The notes below the pieces were generated by a model, which had not been told where the DNA came from, made no database searches, and was given only the letters and a program-made list of their open reading frames with translations. A stretch of 63,552 nucleotides of DNA, filler included, from Folioceros fuciformis (taxonomy: Eukaryota), in NCBI GenBank assembly GCA_049999805.1. It is 10 parts of 10 records of this genome, joined end to end, with 100 filler letters (N's around TTAATTAATTAA, not from the genome) between each part and the next. Parts side by side here need not be neighbours in the genome. Positions count along the whole stretch, not along the records: positions 23,593 to 34,265 come from JBNGIO010004439.1; positions 34,366 to 40,865 come from JBNGIO010004440.1; 8 more parts are not named here. The stretch is one strand, 5' to 3'. Made by a program: the position numbers and the translations under genes. This document shows positions 26,819 to 39,076 of this stretch, one piece after another (position 1 is the first letter of the stretch; every line of letters starts with the position of its first letter).

Positions 26819-29800
26819 ATGGCGCGTGACACCCAACCTTTACCTGTCAAGGACACCCCTTGCCCAGTGTGTTCTCAACTTTGCTCCGGGTTCAAGGGGG
26901 TAAAGTGCCATATTGGTCACAAGCATAAGGACTTCGATAGGACCACTTGGGTGGCATAAGTGCAACTTGCTTCTTCCTCCGAACCAGCTGTCAATCCTCT
27001 TCTAACAGATCCTCTGGGGCCGTCCCCGGAGGCTTGGTTGTGGCTTCGAGGGCAATCTAATCACTTGTTGGCTCTTTTCCATGCTCGTTTTCCATGTCCT
27101 TGCCTCTTCTGACGTCTCCCTAGGCGCCTACATAATGATATTCGCCTTACTTATCATCTTCCCTTGGATCGCCTTGCTCGGGACCCGAGGGATGAGGGTG
27201 CTTGGATTTTGTTCCTTTTCCTGCCTAGATGGTGCCTTCGGCACTCTAGGGGTGGTCCGTCATGCCATAGGGAGGTGGCCTCTCGACTTCGCCGTTTTCG
27301 ATCCGGAGATTGGCAAGCTCTTCAGGAGGAGGATTTACTAGCAGCAAAATCTCAATTGAAGTCAGCTAAGGTTGACAAGGTATGCCATGACCCATTTAAA
27401 GCGCGTCTCAAGCGATGTCTCATATTGGGCAGGGATGGTGAATATGCTCGGGTTGCTAGAGCATTGCGTCTACAGCCGGCTACATCTACAATTGAGGACA
27501 CCATTGCTGCACTTCGTGCCCTTCATCCAGAACCTCATGACACTATACCGCAAGATCTTCTTGACCACACGGTCGATGAGCCTTTTTTGCTTGGATAGGG
27601 TTGTTTTTGGGCATGCACTCTCTTCTGCGTCGCGAGTTTCTGCAAGGGGTTTGTCTGGCACAATTTATGACCATTTTCGAGATTATTTTTCTCTTGAGGA
27701 TCCCTCAAGTGGTTTTTCGGAGCTGTATACACTAGCAGCTGCTGTGGCAGGGGTGAAGTTCCCAATCGAATCTCTCAAGTTTTGGCGGCTGGTAGGCTAC
27801 TTGCATTGGAAAAGCCTACTCAGGAGTGCGCCCTATTGCTGTGGGGGAGGTATTTTTGCGCCTTATCAGCCGAAGTATCACAATTCAACTTTGGGAGTAC
27901 TTCCAAGCGCATCTTGCACCCCACCAATTTGGGATTGCTATCCCAGGTGGGTGTGAATCTGCCGCTCTCGGCATCCAGGCGGCCCTTGAGTTACATCGTC
28001 ATTGGGTAGCTTTGCAGGTTGATATTAAGAATACTTTCAACACCGTCTCTAGGGTCGCCATCTTCTCGGAGCTCAAGAGTGCAGGAGGTCAATTGGCAAG
28101 TCTTACCCCTTTTGTTCGCTCCTTCTATGGCTCGCCATTCAAGCTCTACTACCAACACGGCCCGACTATTGAGGGTGTCTCAGTTTTTGATTCAGCAACA
28201 GGCACAAGGCAAGGGGATCCGCTAGGGGGTGCTCTTTTTGCAATGGCGCATTTTCGTGCATTGTCCTCTACTACCTTAGCATTTCGGGAATGCTTTTTTC
28301 CTTTCGTGGCTGATGACACTCATATTCTTAGGCAAGAAGTCACAGTCAAAGTAGCATTTTCTTCTCATCAGGGCTCTCCAAGGTGGGGTTGCGGGTCAAG
28401 CTATTTAAATGCAGGGTTTGGTCCCTTTCAAGCATCACTCCCCCCCCCCTTCAATATTTGGGGGAAGGATATCACCCTCTCGCAGGGACTTCAAGTCTTG
28501 GGTGTGCCTGTGGGACCTCTTGATTTTGTTCATAGGTTTGTGGATGAAGCCTTGGATGAAGATTTGGCTCATATCATGGACCTCTCACAAATCGGTGATC
28601 CTCATATTGCATTTGGTGTCCTTTCTTCTTGTTTTGCATGGCGACCAAGTTACCTCACTCGAACTGTTGCGCCTTCTCCATTTTTCTTATCAAGTCTCAG
28701 AAAGTTTGACAATCAAGTTATGTAGGCTCTTGGGAACATCATAGGTTCAGGCACCTTCGAGTGTGCTGTCGGTGATTTGGCTCGAAAGTAGGCTTCTTTG
28801 CCAATCGCCTCTGGAGGGGTTGGTCTTTTGGCCATGGAGGCTTCTGCCCAGCTGCTTTTCTCGGCAATTGGGCCCTCTCAGCTCCAATTTTGGCCTCTCG
28901 TTTTTTGCTACAAGATTCCCCTATTCTTGAAAGTTTTATTTCAGGTGTGGAGGAGGGCGTTTTCCCTTTACAGGTATCTCTTAGACAAGCGAGGGAATCT
29001 CTACCTTTGGAAGCTCGTGAGGCTCTACCTCCATTCACCTCCTTTTCTAGAGAAGGGTTGAAGGGTCTCCAAGCCTCCCTCCTAGAAAAGCAATATGGCT
29101 AAGCACTAAGAGCCCTTCTTTCAGACTCATCCATCTCTAGGTCTTCTTGAGCTCGTATTCGATCTTATTTAGGTAAAGGAGTAGGCTCTTGGCTTTTAGC
29201 TCGACCTTGCATCCAAGCGTTTCGAATCGCACTAGTAACTTTCGCCACCGCGATGAGATTTCGCTTAGGTTTGGCCCACCCCTTGGCTTTTTCTCTCTCT
29301 ACATGCAGTTGTGGGGTTGCCATTGGCGATACAGGGTCCCATTTGGCACGTTGTCCCGTTGGGGAGCACCGCATTGCCACTCGTGATGCAGTTTGAGATG
29401 TCATGTTCTCAATGGCTAGGGAGTGTGGGTTTTTTCCATATAGGGAGCGTCTATATACTTTGCGCAATGAGGTTTCACTTAGAGCCGACCTTTTCTTCAC
29501 TAGGAGAAAACATGTTTGTGTTGCTGATGTGGTTGTTACAGAGCCCATTAGGGATTCGATTTGTAAGTACGTCAACATCAACCGTCCTGGTTGGGCGGCA
29601 GAGGGTTGTGCAAGTGCCAAAATCCATAAGTATTCTCCCTTGCAAGACGGCCATACTTTCATCCCCCTTACTCTTGAGACTCATGAAATTATGGGCAAGG
29701 ACTTTTCAAGGTTTATCAAGGAGTGCGCCAAGGTTTATCAGAGCAATAGGAATAGTGTTCTCCCTCTTTCCTTTGTGGTGGCCTTTTTTCGACACCGTAT

Positions 29801-30090
29801 ATCTATTGCTTTGCAACAAGCATTTGGCCAATGCAATTTTTAGAACAGCAACAAGTGCAAGTTAAGCGGTTTCTTCGGCACCGGTGGTAGGTAGGCCTTT
29901 TGTTATTCTACATCATGACATTTTGAGAGCAGTAAATAGTTTTTGAAAATAATATTTACATTAAAGTAAAGAAATATGTAGTTTTTGAAAATAATATTTA
30001 CAGTAAAATAAAGAGTACCTTTTTTGCGTATGGCCCCTAATGGGTTGTTACTCCAATCTCTAGACTAGATGAGAGTTTTCATCTCTTTTA
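26819..30090 (+). mobile_element. Near full-length degenerate CRE-clade-like non-LTR retrotransposon (C2H2-RT-CCHC-RLE)
   Basis: N-terminal CPVC..HIGHKH zinc finger. RT motifs RPIAVGEVFLRL, QFGIAIPGGCE, QVDIKNTFNTVSR, GTRQGDPLGGALF, FVADDT. CSCG..HLARC knuckle. RLE-like RADL..ADVVV..KIHKY..FIPLTLETH. Multiple stops and frameshifts. Confidence 0.85.
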
Positions 30091-30969
30091 GACAATTCTA
30101 AGCCTTAACACATCCTTGGTGTGATATATGTATGCTTATAAATATGCTCTCATCAAAGATTTGATCGCTTACTTGCTTATGACTTGCAAGACTCTTGTCT
30201 ATTACAATACACCCCGTAGGATGCTTCCTCTGATACATGTACTCTCTTCCTGCGAGTTATGATCTGACCCAGGGCACTTTGGGCGGATGGGGAAGGAGGT
30301 ACCATTGCGTGTCTGTTTTCTGATGGTAGTGGCTCGCTGGCCAGGAAAGTTTGGAACGGCTGGAGTTCCAGAACTGTCTGGGAGAATGGTGCCGCGAGAG
30401 CTGCGCTTGTAAAGGATTGGGGGAGGTTTGCGGAGGCTCAGAGTTGAAGGTCGAAATCAATCCCGCCACCTGCAGTACGGGCAACAAGATCAGGGCACCG
30501 CGCATGATGTTCGGCAATCTGAAGATGGTGTGCAAGCTGGGGAGGTGGAGGAGTGTGTTCAGGGATCGAAATTCACAGATACAGACGGGCTTGGGGATTC
30601 GTCGGCTTACCTGCTTCTTGACGAACCACAGTTCGTAGGATGTAGTGCCGTGCTTTGGGAGAGTTTCGGGTCCCGGGGATGGTGGGGCGTGACAGATGGT
30701 GATGGGCTCTCCCCCGCCTATTGATCCCGGGACATGGGAATGGGGAGGATGGTGGCGGTTTACGCCCACCATTCTGCACTTGCGCTCACGAGGGCGGGGG
30801 ACCTGGAGGGAGCTCGGAGGCGCACACGTGCGTGGTTGGGGTCAACCAGACTGCTCTGTGGGTCTGGTTCTTGGCTTCCTCACAGAAGCATACAGTGCTC
30901 AGAAATTGTGTCTTGTGGGAAGCAGCGGAACGGGGGGCAGAGAGCTGCAGTGGTGGTGCCTGGAGGTGA

Positions 30970-33678
30970 GTGTCCGGCGTGAATAGTTGGCCAGTGCCAG
31001 CCACTCTGTTGCTCTCGGGTGTTGAAAGTTGCAGCCTTGATCCTGGTTTTCAAGTGTGCAGGGGGGCGAGGAGGGAGGGTTCTCCGAGTGCTGGTTCATG
31101 TGGGGAAGGAGTGGCTGACGAACTTGGGGCCGTAGAAGTGAAAGTTCAAGATGGGGCTCCTGTGCCCACCAAGGTTTTCTACCGCATTTTGTGCAGGTGC
31201 ATTTCACATAGTGATCTTGCAACAGGCAGGAAGGTGGACTCACTCATCAGCAAAGGCGGGCTCGCAGGCAACGCTTTTCTGGCAAGCCACCTGATACGGA
31301 TGTATGCTTGTCTGGGGAGTTTGCAAGATGCCCATGATGTATTCAACAGATTGCCTGCACAAGATGAGATGTCGTGGGCAGCTATCATCTCGGCGTGTTG
31401 GAAGCAGGGCCAAGCTAAGCAGGCCATAGCTCTGTACCACCAAATGCGGCAGACAACGGTGAAGCCGGACAAGAGCATCTTTGTGGCTGTGCTCAAAGCT
31501 TGTGCGAGTTGTGCATCTCTAGTACAAGGGAAGCTGATCCATGGCCACGTCATGGAAAGCCCTTATCTGATGGATGCTAGTGTTAGCAGTGCAATTGTGG
31601 ACATGTACGCAAAATGCGGGAGCTTGGTGGATGCTCGTCCGGTGTTTGATGGGCTGACTACAGCGGACCTGATCACATGGACAGGAATGATCTCAGCATA
31701 TTCCCAGTTTGGCGATGTCCAGGATGCTTTCGAGCTCTTCTGGCAGATGGTGAGTGCCGGCCTGCATCCTGACACGGTCGCACTCATAACTGTCCTGAGA
31801 GCTTGTTCCAGATACGCAGCCCTTGATCAAGGCAGGGTGATACATGCCTACATTGCGAGCCGTGATTCTGCTGCCGACAGGTTTCTTGGCAGCGCGCTCA
31901 TGGACATGTATGTAAAGTGTGGGAGTCAGGAGGATGCCCGTAGAGTGTTTGACAGCCTGCCAGATGCAGATCTTGTGTCTTGGAACAACATCATCACTGC
32001 GTATTCACAAAGTGAGAGTGCTCAGGACATGCTGCAGGCTCTCTTGCAAATGCAGGAGGTCAGTGTGCAACCTGATCGTGTCACTTACTTAATCGTCCTG
32101 AAAGGATGTTCCACCTTGGCAGCATTGGAGCTGGGCAGGTTGATTCAGGCCCACATACAGGAGAGAGGGCTGGAGTCAGATTTATCTGTTGCAAATACTC
32201 TTATTAGCATGTTTGTTAAGTGCAACAGCTTCGAGGATGCCAGAGGAGTATTTGACAGGATGGTTGTCAAAGACTCGGTAACCTGGACTGGGATGATCAT
32301 GGGATATGCACAATCTGGTGATCGTCAAGTGGCTCTTGAACTCATTCAGCAGATGCAACGAGAAGACGTCCAGTTCGAAAAGGCGTCATTGCTGAGCATC
32401 CTGAAGGTGTGTTCCAATACCCTATCACTGGCCGAGGGAAGGTTGATTCACGCTTGCACCACAAAGAGTGGGCTAGAGTTGGATATATCCATCGGCAACT
32501 CCCTTATCAACATGTATTCAAAATGCGGGAGCTCTGCCGACGCGCGGGGGTTGTTTGAGAGATTGCCAGCAAGAAGTGTTGTCTCATACAATGCCATGAT
32601 CGCAGCATACTGTTTGGATGGAGACAGCGAGGAAGCCTTTCAACTTTTCCGACGGATGCAAAGGGATGGCGTTCAGGCGAGCAAGGTCACAGTTCTGACC
32701 CTGCTGAAAGCGTGCTCCAAAGTGGGAGCACTTCACCATGGCAAGGCCCTCCTTCGGTACATTTCGGAAAGCGGTATGAAGTCAGATGCAGAGGTCTTGT
32801 GTGCTGTCATCGACATGTATGCCAAGTGCGGGAGCTTGGAGGATGCCCGTGCAGTGTTTGACAGAGCAGACACGAGAGACTTGGTGATGTGGACTGCTAT
32901 GATTTCAGGATATGCTCAGCACGGTGCTGCTCATGTGGCTTTGCAGCTCTTTCAGCAAATGCAACAGGAGGGCGTTCAACCCAACAGTGTGACGTTCCTC
33001 TGCCTGCTGAATGCCTGTAGCCACGCTGGGTTGTGGGAGACGGGCTTCCAAGTGTTCCGTTCCATGTCTCAAGAATTTGGTCTTACCCCTGAACTGGAGC
33101 ACTACGCTTGCATGGTCGATCTTCTCGGTCGACTGGGGTATCTCGATGAGGCGGAGGATTTCATCCACAGCCTTCCAGAACAGGGTGACCTGGTGTTGTG
33201 GATGTCTCTGTTGGGGGCTTGTCGAACGCATGTGAATGTAGACACAGGGTGGCGATCATTTGAAGAAATTTTGAAGCTGGATATGCAGAACGCCGCTGCA
33301 TATCGTCTCATGGCGGATGTCTATGCATTGGCTGGCATGCAGAGACGTTCCATCGACCTGAGCAGGATGATGATGGGTGCTGGGGCCAAGAAGGAACCTG
33401 GCCGCACGTGGATGGAGTCTGGCAATGAGGTGCATACGTTTGCGGTAGAAGACGCACGTCATCGTGAAAGAGGAGAGATTTATCTTGAGCTGGAAAAGCT
33501 TGTGGGGTCGGTGAGGCAGCTGCCCTTTGGTGACCCGTCTTTGGGCCCGGAACATCCGCAGTGTAACCTGACAAATATCACGAACGCGAGTCAGAACTGT
33601 TGCCTGCTGGTGTCAGAAGTGTGGCCAGTAGGACAGTCCACTGTTCTCTCTGATGACGATCTGCCAGGCAAGCAATAA
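30970..33678 (+). CDS. PLS-class PPR protein with E1/E2 and PG box but no catalytic DYW (E+ type); true start unresolved
   Basis: About 20 P/L/S motifs, then LEHYACMVDLLGRLG, E domains, KKEPGRTWMESGNEVHTF..EIYLELEKL. No HxE or CxxC follows. Confidence 0.92.
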   Translation: MSGVNSWPVPATLLLSGVESCSLDPGFQVCRGARREGSPSAGSCGEGVADELGAVEVKVQDGAPVPTKVFYRILCRCISHSDLATGRKVDSLISKGGLAGNAFLASHLIRMYACLGSLQDAHDVFNRLPAQDEMSWAAIISACWKQGQAKQAIALYHQMRQTTVKPDKSIFVAVLKACASCASLVQGKLIHGHVMESPYLMDASVSSAIVDMYAKCGSLVDARPVFDGLTTADLITWTGMISAYSQFGDVQDAFELFWQMVSAGLHPDTVALITVLRACSRYAALDQGRVIHAYIASRDSAADRFLGSALMDMYVKCGSQEDARRVFDSLPDADLVSWNNIITAYSQSESAQDMLQALLQMQEVSVQPDRVTYLIVLKGCSTLAALELGRLIQAHIQERGLESDLSVANTLISMFVKCNSFEDARGVFDRMVVKDSVTWTGMIMGYAQSGDRQVALELIQQMQREDVQFEKASLLSILKVCSNTLSLAEGRLIHACTTKSGLELDISIGNSLINMYSKCGSSADARGLFERLPARSVVSYNAMIAAYCLDGDSEEAFQLFRRMQRDGVQASKVTVLTLLKACSKVGALHHGKALLRYISESGMKSDAEVLCAVIDMYAKCGSLEDARAVFDRADTRDLVMWTAMISGYAQHGAAHVALQLFQQMQQEGVQPNSVTFLCLLNACSHAGLWETGFQVFRSMSQEFGLTPELEHYACMVDLLGRLGYLDEAEDFIHSLPEQGDLVLWMSLLGACRTHVNVDTGWRSFEEILKLDMQNAAAYRLMADVYALAGMQRRSIDLSRMMMGAGAKKEPGRTWMESGNEVHTFAVEDARHRERGEIYLELEKLVGSVRQLPFGDPSLGPEHPQCNLTNITNASQNCCLLVSEVWPVGQSTVLSDDDLPGKQ

Positions 33679-33933
33679 CATATTGTACTCTTAAACACTC
33701 TTCAGCCATTGGTTCCTTGCGTACGGGAGGCGTGACAGGCAGGTGCATGACCCTACGGTGGCATCATCTGGAGGATTCCGTGGCGGTCAAGCCGCTTACA
33801 GGATTCCGTGGCCGCCAAGCATCTTGGGCTCCTGCATCCCTGAGCTTCCCTTTCCGACACATAAGAAGCTTGGGAAGTCATTGCTCTGTCGTTCAGTTCT
33901 AGACTTGTCCTTGTATCACAGACGGGAGCAGCC

Positions 33934-34265
33934 ATGCCGGCTCCATATTCTGTGGCCGAGCTCGTGCTGTATCCTGTCAAGGCATGCCGTGGTCTTTCGG
34001 TGCCCAAAGCTTGCGTCTCCTCATGGGGTAGGCAGTGCTCTGGCTGCAATGAGACATGATTCCCGGTTCCTGGCCTTCTTGTCCCACAATCGCTAAATGT
34101 TCCCAACAACGCAGGTTTCCTGTACGACAGGGAGTGGATGGTGGTGACTGCAGAGAAGGGACGCTTGATAGCCCAAGCCCGAGCTCCCAAGCTGGCGCTT
34201 GCACAGCCTTCACTTCCCCTAGGTCTGTTCGAAGGACAAGACGTTCCCGGTGCTGATGTTATATG
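33934..34265 (+). CDS. MOSC-domain (mARC-like) protein, first two exons, truncated by scaffold end
   Basis: MPAPYSVAELVLYPVKACRGLSVPKACVSSW, intron 34028-34114, then GFLYDREWMVVTAEKGRLIAQARAPKLALAQP. This matches the MOSC_N pattern (YP.KSC.G...G..DR.W). Not in the supplied ORF track. Confidence 0.85.
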
Positions 34266-35224
34266 NNNNNNNNNNNNNNNNNNNNNNNNNNNNNNNNNNN
34301 NNNNNNNNNTTAATTAATTAANNNNNNNNNNNNNNNNNNNNNNNNNNNNNNNNNNNNNNNNNNNNCGTAAAGAATAGCCCACTAAACATGTAGCCATGTC
34401 CTCATTAGACAAGTTGACATGCAATGCCAATGAACAAAATACTTACATGTTGTCGTTTCCTTGTACCTGATGATACATTATCATTATAAGTTCCTTAACA
34501 AGTGTGTCATAGTCTAGAAATCTATGACGGAAACATTCAGCAATACCTTTAACCATAGAGGCAAGAGTAAAGTGAGGATCCTTTGTGGTAAACATGGTGT
34601 CTAGTAATTCCTTGCTTTATACAATAGACTGAAACATGAATTCAAAGCATCAAATAATACCTTCTTTCACACAACTAGTAGCCAAGTGGCCATTGTTCAC
34701 AGCTGTTGCACGCATATCAGTCAAAACACCAGAATGCACATTCGGGTATTTTTGGTAGAAGAATGTTGAGATTAAAAAATTTAACACAAAATCTCCTATA
34801 AACTCGTGTCGTTTAAGGTACTGAAAACAAACACACCCGTTTAGTAAGAACCCTAAACCCTAAAAAAGAAAAGAAAAGACTATAAACAAGATGCAAAGTG
34901 ATACTATACCTTGGTATTCTCCTTACTTTGCGGTTCATGAAAAGTTTTATGCACAAGTAAAGCATCTCTAAAATAATAACCCAAAGTTTTCTGTAGAGGC
35001 ATGATGTCATCCATAACTTTACTAGCAATGGTGCCATCCATTTTGATGTTGAAAATTTAACCTAAGGTATTGTCTACATATATNNNNNNNNNNNNNNNNN
35101 NNNNNNNNNNNNNNNNNNNNNNNNNNNNNNNNNNNNNNNNNNNNNNNNNNNNNNNNNNNNNNNNNNNNNNNNNNNNNNNNNNNATGTGTTATAGTCAGGT
35201 AATTATGTTGCATTTACGTAAATA

Positions 35225-38200
35225 TTATTTTTTATTATTGAAAAAGAGACGGAAAGTCCTATCTACTCTAAAGATTGGAAGAACATCCTGAGTAGGGCCA
35301 AAGGCTAAAAAGGGGTACTAGCCCTTTTGAACATCATTCTCAAAACCTACCTACTTCTTCCAAAAATGTCATGATGTGGAATATTAAAAGGCCTACCCTC
35401 TTTCGATGCGAAAAAAGCTACTTGACCTGCACTTGTTGGTGTTCTAAAAATTGCATTGGCCAATGCTCTTTGCAAAGCAATGGAGACGCGTTGTCGAAAG
35501 AAGGGCACCACAAAGGAAAGGGGGAGAACATCATTCCTATTACTTTGATAAACCTTTGCGCACTCCTTGATGAACCTTGAAAAGTCCTTGCCCATGGCCC
35601 CATGAGTCTGAAGAGCAAAGAGGATGAAAATATACTGGTCTTGCAGAGGAGAATACTTATGGACTTTGGCACTTGCACAACCCTCCTCCGCCCATCCATG
35701 GAGCTCATCACGACGTGCTCACAAATCAAATTCCTAGTGGGATCCGTAATAGTCACATCAGCGGTAGAAACATGTCCTCCCTAGTGAAAATAAGGTGGGG
35801 TCTAAGTGAAACCCCGTTGCGCAAAGTATATGGACACTCCCTATACAAAAGAAACCCACAATCCCTAGCCATTGAGAACATGACATCCCAAACTACACAT
35901 GGGTGGCAATGTGGTGCCCCCAATGGGACAACATGCCAAATGGGACCCTATGTCGATAATGGCAACCTCACAATTGTGTGTAGAGAGAGAAGAAGCCAAG
36001 GAGTGGACCAAACCTAAGCGAAATCTCATCGCGGTAGCGAAAGTTGCTAGTGCCATTTAAAACGTCTAGATGCAAGGTTGAGCAAAAAGGCAAGAGCCTG
36101 CTCCTTTATCTGAACAAGAGCGAATACAAGCTTGAGAAGACCTAGGAATGGATAAGTATGAAAGAAGGGCTCTTAGGGCTCTGCCATATTGCTTTTCCAG
36201 GTAAGAGGCCTATGACCCCTTTACCCTTCTCTAGAAAAGGAGGTGAAAGAAGGTAGAGCCTCATGAGCCTCCAAAGGTAAAGAGTCCCTCGCTTGCCTAA
36301 GAGACACCTATTAAGGGAAAACGCCTTCCTTAACGCTTGAAATAAAACCTTCAAGAAGAGGGGAATCTTTAAGCAAAAAACGAGAGGCTGAATTGGAGTG
36401 TCAAAAGGGCCTTGTTACCGAGAAAGGCAAATGGGGAAGAGGCCTCCATGGCCAAAAGGCCAACCTCCATAAAGGCAACCGACGAGGAAGCCTACTTTCA
36501 AGCCAAATCACTAACGGCACACTCAAAGGTGCTAGGACCTATGATATCCCCAAGAGCTTGCATAACTTGATGATTGAACTTCTTGGGACTTGATAAGAAA
36601 ATTGGAGAAGGCACAACAATTCTAGTGAGGTAACTAAGTTGCTGCACAAAACAGGAAGAAAGAATACCAAACACAATATAAGGGTCACTGATTTGTGAGA
36701 GGTTCATGATATGAGGGGGGGAGTGATGCTTGAAGGGGATCAAACCCTACATTTAAACAGCTTAACCCTCAACGTACCTTAGAGAGCTCTATCGAGAAGA
36801 AATCAAATGCTGCTTTGACTATGACTCGTGGCCCAAGAATATAAGTGTCATTGGCCACGAATAGGAAAAGACATTCTTAAAATGCCAAGGGGGACCAGGT
36901 TTCTATAGCAGATTTGGTGGTCACAGACCCCATGCGGACAACCATCAGCAAGCATGTCGTTATCAATCTCCGGAGTTGGGCGGCATAAGGAAGCACGACA
37001 AGGAAGACTTGCAAGTACAAGCCCATGCAGTAGGGTCACTTGTTCATCCTTCTTGCTATTGAAACACATGGGGCCATAGGTAAGGATTTTTCCAGGTTTT
37101 TGAAGACATGCGCGAAGGCCCATCACATCAGCATGAGTAGGGTAGGGCTTCCCCTATCCAGCTTGGTGGCATTTTTCCGACAATTGGTTTCAATTGCTTT
37201 ACAAAAGGCCTTGGCAAGCACGATTTTTCGGACGACATCAAGCACAGCGGATGCAGCTTCAGTGGCCTCAGTGGTAAGTACGCCATACCTCATACCTGAA
37301 TGTGACATCTTAGGTGCAATAGGGAGTTACAAGCTAGACGAACGAGGGGGCTAGGCCCCCATTCTTGGCTTTTCGCCATTGTAGGTTGTTCCCCTTGCCA
37401 CGGGGTAGTTGGACCTTCCATCTCTTTTTTGTCTATAAAGTCATCAGGTTCCCCAAGGCAGTAGAAGACAATGCTCGAAAATGCACCATTGTAAAAAGAG
37501 CACCCCCTAGCGGATCCCCTTTCTTTGTGCCTTTCACTGAATCAAAAACTGAGATCCCCTCAATAGTTGAGCTATAGAAGTAGTGAAGAAAAGGGATGAG
37601 ATAAGCTAATTGACCTCCTACACTCTTGAGCTCTGAGAAGATGGCGACCTAAGAGACGATATTGAAAGCATTCTCGATATCAACTTGCAAAGCTACCCAA
37701 TGAGGATGTAATTGGAGGCTACCTAGATGTTGAGGGCAGTAGTTTCATACCCACTTGCGGTAGCAATCCCAAATTGGTGGGGTGCAAGATGCTCTTGGTA
37801 CAGAAATGAGGTACAGAAACACCTCCCCCACATCAATAGGATGCACTTCTAAGGTGATTTTTTCCAATGCTAGCAGCCTACTAGTCGTCAAAGCCTAAGA
37901 GATTCGATTGGGAACGTCACCCCTAGCCAGAGCAGCCGCTAGTGTAAAAAGCTCTGAAAAACCACTTCAAGGATTCTCAGGAAAAAAATAATTTCGAAGA
38001 TGGTCATAAGTTGTGCCAAACAAACCCCCTAAAGAAAGTCGCGGTGTATTAGGGAGTACATGACCAAAAACAACCCTATCTGATCAAAAAGGCTCCTTGA
38101 CCTTGTGGTTGAGAAGATCTTGTAAAATAGTGTCATAAGGTTCTAGGTGAAGCGCACGAAGTGCAGCAATGGTGTCCTCAGTTGCATATGTTGCCGACTC

Positions 38201-38232
38201 TTGGCGCAGTGCTCTAGTAGCTCGAGCATATT
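35225..38232 (-). mobile_element. Degenerate CRE-like element copy, interrupted by a nested insertion
   Basis: Reverse-complement similarity to ~27440-30090 (GDPLGGALF, MGKDFSRFIKECAKVYQSNRN, 3' UTR). Confidence 0.85.
36891..37452 (+). mobile_element. 5'-truncated CRE-like element (different subfamily) nested antisense in the previous copy
   Basis: IADLVVTDP..AIETHGAIGKDFSRFLKTC..FFRQLVSIALQKAL, flanked by CCAAGG direct repeats at 36885-36890 and 37453-37458. Confidence 0.8.
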
Positions 38233-38540
38233 AGTAAAACCATTCAAACCCTAAATTCTTTTAGGTGAAGTACAAGGTGGATAGGTTCACTCAAGTTGTC
38301 TCTTCATTCTACAACTCTTTGTACTACAACTCTTTTTATATGTTGGATTGTGTTCTTCTTCACTTAGCCACTTGTAACCCTTGGATGTATTTCCACCCAA
38401 CTTATTCACTCTGCATTCTTCATCTTCTTGCCACTTTTTGTAACTTGATGTTTCCTACCCCTCGTATCGGATTGTTGCGCAGTCATACATACTCCTTCCG
38501 TAGAAAGCATCTTTGCCTTGCCAAGAGGTCTGTACTGTAC

Positions 38541-38562
38541 AGGGTTTAGGGTTTAGGGTTTA
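38541..38562. repeat. Interstitial plant telomeric repeat (TTTAGGG)x3
   Basis: agggtttagggtttagggttta. Confidence 0.9.
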
Positions 38563-39055
38563 CAGATTCCACAATGTGGGGAGGCCATGTCGAGCGAAGT
38601 TGATATCTTCCAAGGCACAAAATTTCCATACAAAGGGTGGTCCAAGTTGTACATGGCAAGATACATACGTCAGAAGACGCAGCATGTGACATCCTTGTTA
38701 GCTTTTTTGCAAGAGCACGTGGAAGACCTGTCAGAGATATTCCGTGTGCATGCATAGAGTATGCAGCTGCTAACATGGTGACCCCTTTTGTAATGCCATG
38801 CAGTTTTAGAGCACACAGTGAAACAAGTTATACATGCAGAAGATGTGCGGAGCATCGCCTGCTGGTCACCAGGCCAGGAGAGGCTCGACTCATGCCTTGT
38901 GAAAGCCACTTTATATCAACAACTTGGCTCCTAAACTTTGAAAAAGAAGAAGGTATTTTTTTGACCAAAAAAGAAAAGAAAAACCTTTTCAAATATACGA
39001 ACCCTGTTAAGTGGCGTGAGTTCGATTCCTATAGAACACTACACTGTATGTTCAT

Positions 39056-39076
39056 CTAAACCTTAAACCCTAAACC
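39056..39076. repeat. Interstitial telomeric repeat (CCCTAAA-like x3)
   Basis: ctaaaccttaaaccctaaacc, directly abutting a CRE fragment. Confidence 0.8.

Noticed and set aside
34366-34810. Possible transposase or other coding remnant
   Set aside because: Stops are present and I recognise no diagnostic motif.
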